From the IMG/VR virus record IMGVR_UViG_3300044645_001931: a DNA stretch of 20,000 nt, one strand, 5' to 3'. The notes below the pieces were generated by a model. The model worked only from the letters and a program-made list of their open reading frames with translations, ran no database searches and was not told the origin of the DNA. This DNA comes from an uncultured virus (IMG/VR IMGVR_UViG_3300044645_001931). Its lineage: Duplodnaviria; Heunggongvirae; Uroviricota; Caudoviricetes. Position 1 is the stretch's first letter; each line of letters starts with the position of its first letter. Below are positions 7,785 to 15,108 of the stretch, in pieces. Both the position numbers and the translations under genes were made by a program.

Positions 7785-10508
7785 ATGGCTTACGGAATTT
7801 TAAAGTGTGACACTATTACCTTTACTAGCGATGGTGTTGATAAAAGCGTTGCAATTTCTGGTTTAGTTCAGAATCCTACCTTTACAGGAAACGTAACAGT
7901 AACCGGAACTATCTCTGGTAATACCGTACGGGGTCAAACAATTTCAGGTGTTACCGTTACTGGAACAACCGCTCAGTTTACCAGTGGAACTTTTGCTTCA
8001 TTAACAGGGGTTACTGTTACGGGCACTACTGCAAACTTTACTAGCGGTAACTTCACTAACATCAGCGGTGGTACTCACACCATTACATCGGGTGTATTTG
8101 CGTCAGGTACGGCAGCAAATCCATCGATTAGTTTTGTTTCTGACCCAAATTCTGGACTATACTCCCCCGGTGCAGATCAAGTAGCCATCTCGACTAGTGG
8201 CACTGGGAGGTTGTTTATTAATGCAACTGGACAAGTAGGCATTGGAGGTTCGCCAAGCTCTAATTTTGAAATAACTTCTGCTTTGCCTACCGCAAGGTTG
8301 CGCGACACAACAGACAACTCTTACGCCGAAATACTTAACAACAACGGAGCGCTTTCCCTTCGAGCTGATGAAGGCAATGTTGCTAGCGCATCATATATTG
8401 ACATTCGTGTTGATGGTTCCGAGCGTGCTCGGTTTACTTCTGATGGCCGCTTAGGTCTGGGGACTAGTAGCCCTGCAACTCCAATTGAAGTTGTCGGAGC
8501 AAGTACGACAGACACTGAAGAGAATTACGCCTTATTCAGGGGTCCCGGTACATCTCAACCAGGTGTTTATATAGGAGGTAATTCTACAACAGCATCTACA
8601 GGCGCCACGGCTAGATATGGTTATGTACGCTCTCAAAGTCTTGGTGGCACTGCCCGTGCCCTGTATCTACAGACCGGGACGGACACGCGAGTCGTTATTG
8701 ATAACACAGGGAAAGTAGGGATTGGCACTACGAGTCCTGTAAATCTTTTACATGTCCAAGGCGACGCAACGTTTGAACAAAACGCCGGAGGTCAGTTTGC
8801 AATTCGCGGCAGCACAAACACTGCCAATCGTTTGAATTTTGGTTTTGAAACAACAAATAATTACGCCTGGATTCAATCAATTACAGCAGGGACCGCGTTT
8901 CGGCCAATCGCATTAAACCCCTCAGGAGGCAACGTAGGGATTGGCACTACGAGCCCTGGCCATGCGTTGCACGTAAGCAACGGAAACGACTCGGCTTCTG
9001 GCGAATTTGTTGGTATTACGATAGGCGGTACAAATAGCGCAAATGCCCGGACTGGTTCAATCATAAAAGATACGACTACGTTTGATTTAATTTACAAAAA
9101 TCAGAACTTTAGCTCTGCTCTGGGCGCTCATGTGTTTAGAAATGGCCCTAGTGAGCACGCCCGCATCGACAGCTCCGGCAGGCTCTTAGTTGGCACGTCT
9201 AATGCGCGTACAAACTTTAGAAATTCCACAATTAGCGCTCAGTTACAGGTCGAAAGTACAACTACTTCTCTTAGCTCTGCTGCGCTCATTGCTAATGGTA
9301 GTGCCTCAAGCGCTAATCCCTATCCAAATTTATTTTTAGCCAGGAGCCGTGGAGCCCTTGGTACGAATGTTGTTGTTGCCGCTAATGACATATTGGGCGG
9401 CGTTTCATATCAAGGAAATGATGGCTCCGAATTTGTCGAGGCTGGGCTGATTACTTGTGAAGTAGACGGCACCCCCGGCGCTAACGACATGCCGGGCAGG
9501 CTGGTCTTTTCTACCACTCTTGATGGTGCATCAAGTCCGACGGAGCGGATGAGAATTACATCGGCAGGCAACGTAGGGATTGGCACTACTGGGCCTCAGT
9601 CGCTATTGCATGTGCAACAAAGCGCTGATGGCGAGATATTCCGACTTCAGAGAGCAGGTGGAACAAATATCCCTATTCTTCGCGTAAATCTTACCGATTC
9701 CACCAAGACAGCAGAGTTTGAGTACACGGGGTCGGATGCTAACGGCAATATTGCTTTCAAGAGCGGCGGTTCAGAACGCGCCCGCATCGACAGCTCCGGC
9801 AGGCTCTTAGTTGGCACGTCTAGTGCGCTTGCTGCAGGCGGATCAACTCCTCATGTTCAGCTAGTCGGAGATGCAGGAGTAGCCTGGCAGTCAATTATTC
9901 GCACAAACGCAACTACAGCAGGTTCAAACTTAGTCTTAGGCCAGACAAGAGGTTCTATTGCGTCTAGGACGATAGCGCAGAATAATGATGTACTTTCTAA
10001 TATTCTTTTTGTTGCAGATGATGGCATAGACCTTAATACAATTGCTGCATCAATAAAAGCCGAAGTAGACGGCACCCCCGGCGCTAATGATATGCCGGGT
10101 CGTTTAGTGTTCTTCACTACCGCCGACGGAGCGAGCAGCCCGACGGAGCGTTTTCGTATTACCAACGACGGCGTTAAAGCTTACGACCAACCTGCCCCCG
10201 CTGCTGTCAACGCCACTGCAACATTAACTGTTGCCAACCTCAAAACCGGCATTATCACTAGCACGTCGGCACTAGCAACCGACATGACGCTGCCCACTGG
10301 CACCGACACTCAAGCTGGTTTTAATGGCACCTATGACAACTTCACATTTGAGTGGAGCGTCATCAACACAGGTCTTAGCCTGGTACGCGTACTTGCTGGC
10401 ACTGCTCACACCATCGTCGGCTCTGGCTCTGTTGTTACTGGCACCTCTGGTCGCTTTGCTTCACGACGCACGGCTGCCAACACGTTTGTGACCTATCGCC
10501 TGAGCTAG
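7785..10508 (+). CDS. Long modular tail-fibre / receptor-binding protein
   Basis: Recurring GNVGIGTTSP, ERARIDSSGRLLVGTS and VDGTPGANDMPGRLVF junction motifs; GTAANPSISF.SD.NSGLYSPGADQ motif; 907 aa. Confidence 0.9.
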   Translation: MAYGILKCDTITFTSDGVDKSVAISGLVQNPTFTGNVTVTGTISGNTVRGQTISGVTVTGTTAQFTSGTFASLTGVTVTGTTANFTSGNFTNISGGTHTITSGVFASGTAANPSISFVSDPNSGLYSPGADQVAISTSGTGRLFINATGQVGIGGSPSSNFEITSALPTARLRDTTDNSYAEILNNNGALSLRADEGNVASASYIDIRVDGSERARFTSDGRLGLGTSSPATPIEVVGASTTDTEENYALFRGPGTSQPGVYIGGNSTTASTGATARYGYVRSQSLGGTARALYLQTGTDTRVVIDNTGKVGIGTTSPVNLLHVQGDATFEQNAGGQFAIRGSTNTANRLNFGFETTNNYAWIQSITAGTAFRPIALNPSGGNVGIGTTSPGHALHVSNGNDSASGEFVGITIGGTNSANARTGSIIKDTTTFDLIYKNQNFSSALGAHVFRNGPSEHARIDSSGRLLVGTSNARTNFRNSTISAQLQVESTTTSLSSAALIANGSASSANPYPNLFLARSRGALGTNVVVAANDILGGVSYQGNDGSEFVEAGLITCEVDGTPGANDMPGRLVFSTTLDGASSPTERMRITSAGNVGIGTTGPQSLLHVQQSADGEIFRLQRAGGTNIPILRVNLTDSTKTAEFEYTGSDANGNIAFKSGGSERARIDSSGRLLVGTSSALAAGGSTPHVQLVGDAGVAWQSIIRTNATTAGSNLVLGQTRGSIASRTIAQNNDVLSNILFVADDGIDLNTIAASIKAEVDGTPGANDMPGRLVFFTTADGASSPTERFRITNDGVKAYDQPAPAAVNATATLTVANLKTGIITSTSALATDMTLPTGTDTQAGFNGTYDNFTFEWSVINTGLSLVRVLAGTAHTIVGSGSVVTGTSGRFASRRTAANTFVTYRLS
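9158..9822 (+). repeat. Exact 44-nt direct repeat inside the fibre gene (9158-9201 = 9779-9822)
   Basis: cgcccgcatcgacagctccggcaggctcttagttggcacgtcta occurs twice. Other exact pairs: 26 nt at 9459-9484/10062-10087 and 24 nt at 8927-8950/9566-9589. Confidence 0.95.
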
Positions 10509-10628
10509 TAGTCCTACTCACTAATCACACCTGGTAAAATAAAAGAAAACATCATTGATTGTAGAGCTGATGGGAGAAGAGTGGCTTGAAGACTATCGCC
10601 GCCAGTTCCCTTAATCCACGTCTTTTCT

Positions 10629-10784
10629 ATGTCTGAACACGACTGGCTTGAACCGCTTGATCGTCGAATCAAACAGGTGCAAGAAGAAACAGAAGCTATT
10701 AAAAAAGAAACTGCTGCGTTGGCTGCTTTGGATCGCCTCTATAAAGAAAACGGTAATGGTATGAAGAGACTTGCTGATAGCTAG
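10629..10784 (+). CDS. Small coiled-coil-like protein MSEHDWLEPLDRRIKQVQEETEAIKKETAALAALDRLYKENGNGMKRLADS (51 aa; not in ORF track)
   Basis: Translated by hand; helical, charged composition; lies between the two promoter repeats. Confidence 0.65.
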   Translation: MSEHDWLEPLDRRIKQVQEETEAIKKETAALAALDRLYKENGNGMKRLADS

Positions 10785-10807
10785 TAACCGTCTTCATTGA
10801 TCACCCC

Positions 10808-10816
10808 TGGTAAAAT
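10808..10816 (+). promoter_or_regulatory. Extended -10 promoter TGGTAAAAT (second copy at 10532-10540)
   Basis: TGnTAnAAT consensus 20 nt before ATG 10837. Confidence 0.65.
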
Positions 10817-10836
10817 AAAAGAAAATATCATTAACT

Positions 10837-11160
10837 ATGGCCAACACTGTTTGGGATATTGCCAACCTCGAACGTCATCTTCCTGATGGTGACACCTGTC
10901 CTGATGGCGCTGTATACACCATCCATTGGACTGCATCCCTCGAGGAAGACGGTGAAACCGCCAGTTGTTACGGCAGCGTTGGCCTTGGTGAACCCGACCC
11001 TGATAACTTCACTCCTTTTAGTGAACTCACTAAAGAAGAAGCGGTGAACTGGACCTTGGCAGCACTTGGCGTTGATCAAGTTGTTTCGATTGAAGAAGCA
11101 TTGCACAATCAAATCCAAGCCAAACTGCATCCAACTTCTGAATCTGGCGTTCCCTGGTGA
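10837..11160 (+). CDS. Conserved tail-fibre-associated protein (putative fibre assembly factor)
   Basis: W.I.NLER..DG.V..IHW ... YGSVGL ... F.PF.ELT...V.W ... I.....P...GVPW pattern, typically found right after phage fibre genes. Confidence 0.8.
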   Translation: MANTVWDIANLERHLPDGDTCPDGAVYTIHWTASLEEDGETASCYGSVGLGEPDPDNFTPFSELTKEEAVNWTLAALGVDQVVSIEEALHNQIQAKLHPTSESGVPW

Positions 11161-11194
11161 TTTTTGTTATACTCTTTGAAGTTATCTGTTCATT

Positions 11195-11374
11195 ATGGCT
11201 TGCACAAAGTCTCAGCTAGTTAGCGCCATTAATTCCTTTGGTTCTGCACGTGCTACTGGTGACGGCAACCTCATTGCCTTTTCCGCAAACCTCATTGGTC
11301 AATTGATTGATACGATTGAGTTTGCTCCAGAGGAAGAGACCCAAGCTGAAGAAAAGGTTGAAACAGAAGAGTAA
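11195..11374 (+). CDS. Small protein MACTKSQLVSAINSFGSARATGDGNLIAFSANLIGQLIDTIEFAPEEETQAEEKVETEE (59 aa; not in ORF track)
   Basis: Translated by hand; fills the gap exactly. TGnTATACT box at 11165-11173. Confidence 0.75.
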   Translation: MACTKSQLVSAINSFGSARATGDGNLIAFSANLIGQLIDTIEFAPEEETQAEEKVETEE

Positions 11375-11449
11375 TCAACAGCATCGGGTACGTGAATCCC
11401 AAGTAGTTTATTGACCTGATTTAGAGTAATACAAAAGCTCTAGGTCGAT

Positions 11450-12460
11450 ATGTCAATCAAGCTCACGGACGCTGCTAAGTTCTTTGTAGAAGAACCGCAT
11501 CAAATTGACGCATGGAATTGGCTCCAGTCTCAGTTAACACCTGAGACACTGGAGTCTTTTTCTGTTAAATACCGCAATAAACCAAAACCTCAACCAGAAA
11601 CCGCCAACACTTGGGACGGTGTTCTTGCAGCAGCAAAACAAGCGGGTGCTAAATGGCCTGAATGTGTTGCTGCACAGTGGGCCCTTGAGTCGGGCTGGGG
11701 TAAACACACATCAGGTGTTAATAATTACTTTGGTTTAAAAGGATCTGGCTCTAACGTTAGTACTCAAGAATTCATTAACGGTCAATGGGTCACAATCAAA
11801 GCTGGCTTTATTGATTTTCCCAACCTACAAACCTGTGTTTGTTACCTTGTTGATCGCTGGTACAAAGACTTTGGGCGCTTCAAAGGCGTGAACCGTGCCT
11901 CTAGCAGGAATGAATGCGCTCGTTTACTAGTAAAAGAAGGCTACGCAACTGATCCTGACTACGCCACTAAGTTGATTCAGATCATGGATCGACAGCTCCA
12001 GAACATTGGAGAAAAAGAAGAGGTCAACCCACACAACAACAATTTCAATCCTTGGAGCCCTTTCACGTACAAGATCACGCCTAACATCACGTACGGTGAA
12101 TTAACTTTGAACCAGGAAGCTCGACGTTTTACGAAGCAATATCAATGCGACACAGCAAAAGAACTGTGTTTATTCCTTGAGAAAGTACGTAAGCAGTTTG
12201 GTAATAAGCCATTGATCATTACCAGTGCTTCTCGTCCAGAGCCTATTAACACACAAGTAGGAGGTACTAAAAACAGTGAGCACACCTATAGTGCTCCTTC
12301 CAAGGGAGCTATCGACTTTTACGTTGATGGGGTCAGTGTCTACACTGTGCAAGACTGGTGTGACAAAAACTGGCCTTACTCGCTAGGATATGGTGCACCA
12401 AAAGGATTCGTGCATCTTGGTATTAGAGAAGGCAAACCACGCGTACGCTGGGATTACTGA
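11450..12460 (+). CDS. Multidomain endolysin: N-terminal helical module + GH73 (FlgJ-like glucosaminidase) + peptidase M15
   Basis: AQWALESGWGK, NNYFGLKG and GYATDPDYATKL (GH73); ITSASRPEPIN..VGG...SEH, AIDF and FVHLG (M15 zinc ligands H, D, H). Confidence 0.9.
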   Translation: MSIKLTDAAKFFVEEPHQIDAWNWLQSQLTPETLESFSVKYRNKPKPQPETANTWDGVLAAAKQAGAKWPECVAAQWALESGWGKHTSGVNNYFGLKGSGSNVSTQEFINGQWVTIKAGFIDFPNLQTCVCYLVDRWYKDFGRFKGVNRASSRNECARLLVKEGYATDPDYATKLIQIMDRQLQNIGEKEEVNPHNNNFNPWSPFTYKITPNITYGELTLNQEARRFTKQYQCDTAKELCLFLEKVRKQFGNKPLIITSASRPEPINTQVGGTKNSEHTYSAPSKGAIDFYVDGVSVYTVQDWCDKNWPYSLGYGAPKGFVHLGIREGKPRVRWDY

Positions 12461-12461
12461 C

Positions 12462-12623
12462 GTGAAAAAATACAAGGAGCCCCGCATAAGGGTCAATATG
12501 TGCTGGCAAATTGGAGACGATAAAAAATGCGTGACCCTACCAAAGGAGCACGCATATGAAACCAGAGATTGGGTAGAAGAACAAGGCGGGTGCGTATTTT
12601 GGTTTCAGGCATTGCCTGATTAA
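12462..12623 (+). CDS. Small hypothetical protein (53 aa from GTG 12462)
   Basis: MKKYKEPRIRVNMCWQIGDDKKCVTLPKEHAYETRDWVEEQGGCVFWFQALPD starts 1 nt after the endolysin stop. Confidence 0.65.
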   Translation: MKKYKEPRIRVNMCWQIGDDKKCVTLPKEHAYETRDWVEEQGGCVFWFQALPD

Positions 12624-12788
12624 TCAACGCTGTTTAGTACGACCAATAACAAGACCACCAATTTCAATGATCCGATAAAGCTTGCGCACAAGTTTATCGT
12701 CTTTAGGTGTCGGGGTTAAAGCGCAGATAGCAGAACAAGCAGCATGAATAGCCAGTGCTACTTCTAAATACTCATTAAAGGAATGCAT
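12624..12788 (-). CDS. Holin-like small membrane protein MHSFNEYLEVALAIHAACSAICALTPTPKDDKLVRKLYRIIEIGGLVIGRTKQR (54 aa; not in ORF track)
   Basis: Hydrophobic helix + ALTPTPKDD turn + amphipathic basic helix, a common phage holin-like pattern. GGGAG ribosome-binding site and TACAAT box (12809-12814, minus strand) upstream. Confidence 0.7.
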   Translation of the reverse strand: MHSFNEYLEVALAIHAACSAICALTPTPKDDKLVRKLYRIIEIGGLVIGRTKQR

Positions 12789-12806
12789 GGGTATCTCCCG
12801 TTTCTT

Positions 12807-13250
12807 TTATTGTAAGACTGGATTCTTGAAAAAATAAAATGCATCTTTTTCCGATAAGTATTGCCAATTTGGATTACCGTATTTGCTAAAACCTTTGATG
12901 TAAACACGGCGTTGTTTATCTTTTTCTACCGCATCAAACCAAAACCAAAGACTATCCCAATCAGGAATATACTCTTCAATACGTTTTAGTTGATAAAAAG
13001 CCCAATACAAAGGTTGCGGACCTGAATGGCCAGTCATGTTTTTTGATAATGAACGAGACCTTTTATTCTTTTTACAGTTCAGCCAGTCGTTAATTTGACG
13101 CTTTGATTTGCTTACTGCAAGACAAATAAGCCATACGCATGTACTACTTTTTCCATCTGGATTTTGTACATAAACCCAAGGCTTTGCTTGTAGAACAGCA
13201 ACTTCTTTGTTTTTGGTACGTAACGTAAAACGTTTTGCTTTGCGTTTCAT
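12807..13250 (-). CDS. Hypothetical basic, aromatic-rich protein
   Basis: 147-aa AT-rich ORF, ATGA-coupled to the upstream small ORF. Confidence 0.7.
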   Translation of the reverse strand: MKRKAKRFTLRTKNKEVAVLQAKPWVYVQNPDGKSSTCVWLICLAVSKSKRQINDWLNCKKNKRSRSLSKNMTGHSGPQPLYWAFYQLKRIEEYIPDWDSLWFWFDAVEKDKQRRVYIKGFSKYGNPNWQYLSEKDAFYFFKNPVLQ

Positions 13251-13375
13251 CGATCAAATAAATTGTCAAGATCTTCTTGTGCAGCAAAAAAGTCTTCCCA
13301 GTCTTTTTCAGTTGCTTCCGTGTAAACAGGCCTTGGCTTAAGTTCTTTGACCTCAGGTTTCTTCTCTGGTTCCAT
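13247..13375 (-). CDS. Small acidic protein MEPEKKPEVKELKPRPVYTEATEKDWEDFFAAQEDLDNLFDR (42 aa; not in ORF track)
   Basis: Translated by hand; TAATG overlap upstream and ATGA overlap downstream. Confidence 0.75.
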   Translation of the reverse strand: MEPEKKPEVKELKPRPVYTEATEKDWEDFFAAQEDLDNLFDR

Positions 13376-13497
13376 TAGACATCATAAATACGACACCCTG
13401 GTGCGTCAGGGTTTTCCATACAATAACGCAACCACGCAACATGTGGATAATGTTTAGGTGATTTTTTGCGAAACAAAGCAAGTAGTTGTTTGATCAT
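13375..13497 (-). CDS. cp12: CP12-like microprotein MIKQLLALFRKKSPKHYPHVAWLRYCMENPDAPGCRIYDV (40 aa; not in ORF track)
   Basis: YCMENPDAPGCRIYDV matches the CP12 C-terminal motif YC..NP....CR.YD with C-x8-C spacing. Translationally coupled on both sides (ATGA at 13494-13497, TAATG at 13373-13377). Confidence 0.75.
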   Translation of the reverse strand: MIKQLLALFRKKSPKHYPHVAWLRYCMENPDAPGCRIYDV

Positions 13498-14411
13498 GGT
13501 CTGTTAGTCAAAGGTACGAAGAGTTCAGGGAATCGATCAGTGTCTTGGTGTTCCCTCTCCCATGCATCTTGCCATTCTGACAGTGAATGATCGTGGATTG
13601 TGTCGTAATACGCATCATCTCCTACCTCAAGAATGATCTTATAGTTGTCAAAATCACCAACTGGAATGCGCTCACCAATGAGCCATGTAGATCCAGCGGA
13701 AACTGTTACAGTAACACCTGCTTCAATTGTGCAACTTGTTTGAGTAAAGGCATTGGCGCCAGAGGGAATAAGGATATCAGAAGAAACAGGGCTATTAATA
13801 CTTGGGGCATCAATCTCTGTTTCTTGTAAGCAAACAGAACCATCAACGTCTTCTAACTCAAAAAACGTTTCGTCAACAGGAAACTCAATGACAACACCAA
13901 GCTCATACGCGAGTGTTTCGTTGCGTGTGGATGAAACACAAATAAGATAACTGCCGGCACTTAGTGGGTAATAACGATCATCGCCTCGATCCAGGCGATT
14001 GCGCATGTATGTATTGTAAAGATCAGACTGCGCACTCATCACCGTATCTAAATACGGGATGTAAGTTGAACCGTTGGTATCTATCTGAACAGAATCCGCA
14101 TCAAAGATCGGATTGCCTTGGATTGGATTTTTTTCTAAGTCATAGGCAGAAACTTGAATGTACTTGGGACGTGGCGGTCCTTTGGTAAGAATGATCCAAC
14201 CAGGTTCCGCAAGGGTGACAACAAACCAATGATTGAACGTGCCTCCACCAATGCCACCATTAGATGTTTGGTTGGTATCAGCACGCCCAACAACTTTCCA
14301 CTGTGGTCCAAGAGTTCCTTTAAGGTAGCGCAGTGAGGTTTGACTGAACGTACCAAGACTTAAAGGATTATTCTGAGTTCTTTGTGGTTGACTTACCGAA
14401 CTCCTGGACAT
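13494..14411 (-). CDS. Hypothetical beta-rich acidic protein, possibly virion structural
   Basis: Long ORF; likely start is ATG 14411 (MSRSSVSQPQRTQNNPL), whereas the ORF track extends to 14504. Beta-sandwich-like segments (HWFVVTL, YPLSAGSYLICVSS). Confidence 0.75.
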   Translation of the reverse strand: MSRSSVSQPQRTQNNPLSLGTFSQTSLRYLKGTLGPQWKVVGRADTNQTSNGGIGGGTFNHWFVVTLAEPGWIILTKGPPRPKYIQVSAYDLEKNPIQGNPIFDADSVQIDTNGSTYIPYLDTVMSAQSDLYNTYMRNRLDRGDDRYYPLSAGSYLICVSSTRNETLAYELGVVIEFPVDETFFELEDVDGSVCLQETEIDAPSINSPVSSDILIPSGANAFTQTSCTIEAGVTVTVSAGSTWLIGERIPVGDFDNYKIILEVGDDAYYDTIHDHSLSEWQDAWEREHQDTDRFPELFVPLTNRP

Positions 14412-15108
14412 ATGAACCGTAATACAACTCCTGTTCTTCATCATAATCCGGGGTATTTTTGTGTACCAACGGATGTTGAATGGTGTTTTTGTATTGTTGT
14501 TCAACGATAGGGAGAGGTTTATCTCTTAGTTGATTTTGCGCATAATGCATTGACTTCGCTGGATCAAACTCAACGCAAAATGGGTGGATAGTTTTAGGTG
14601 GAAAAGTGCGATTCCAACTTGAGACTAGATGGAGAGGGTTGAGACAGGCTTTGTTTTTGCATGTGCGTGTCACAAACATCTTGCCGACATCACCCCAGGC
14701 GCATTGGTAAATCGCTTTGTGGACACTGATGTTGTCATTAGTCTTGTCGTTATACAACGTGCGGTACGAAGGGAATCGTATGCGTTTGCCTCCTAACCAG
14801 GGGACCTCCCAACACTCATCCCACTCACCAACAGCGATCTGGTTCCAGAGACCCAATAGTCTGGCTTTGTAATTCTTGTTGAGATAGTTAATGTCAAAAC
14901 CACAGGCATTGCCTTGGATCTTGCGCACACATTCATAGCACCACTGCTGTTCTTTATGGCGTATGCGATGGCCGTGGACGCAGTAGTAACCACGATAAAA
15001 ACCGTGTGATGCCAATTCATCAGCATCCATTTCATTGATGTCAGGAATGTACGGAACAATAGAAATTGATTTGGCAGCGTTGATGAGTTGCTTGGTGATG
15101 TCAGCCAT
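14368..15108 (-). CDS. Zn-binding HNH/His-Cys-box-fold protein, probably nuclease-inactive
   Basis: N-terminal FYRGYYCVHGH.IR...CYEC; then ECW..., SVHKAIY and VTRTCKNKACLNPLHL (usual form V.H.C.N..C.NP.HL). Start at ATG 15108. Confidence 0.7.
   Translation of the reverse strand: MADITKQLINAAKSISIVPYIPDINEMDADELASHGFYRGYYCVHGHRIRHKEQQWCYECVRKIQGNACGFDINYLNKNYKARLLGLWNQIAVGEWDECWEVPWLGGKRIRFPSYRTLYNDKTNDNISVHKAIYQCAWGDVGKMFVTRTCKNKACLNPLHLVSSWNRTFPPKTIHPFCVEFDPAKSMHYAQNQLRDKPLPIVEQQYKNTIQHPLVHKNTPDYDEEQELYYGSYVQEFGKSTTKNSE

Larger units (their letters stand above)
10503..10832 (+). repeat. 54-nt imperfect direct repeat (10503-10556 / 10779-10832) containing an extended -10 promoter
   Basis: agctagta-N13-atcac(a/c)cctggtaaaataaaagaaaa(c/t)atcatt occurs twice, 276 nt apart; 45/54 identical by hand count, 31/33 in the 3' part. 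Confidence 0.9.

Noticed and set aside
9158..10087. Fibre repeats as diversity-generating retroelement TR/VR
   Set aside because: Repeats are short, in-frame and essentially identical; no adenine-specific mismatch pattern and no reverse transcriptase in the window.
10503..10832. Direct repeats as a mini CRISPR array or att sites
   Set aside because: Only two copies, more than 200 nt between them containing an ORF, non-palindromic, promoter-like content; no cas or integrase gene in the window.
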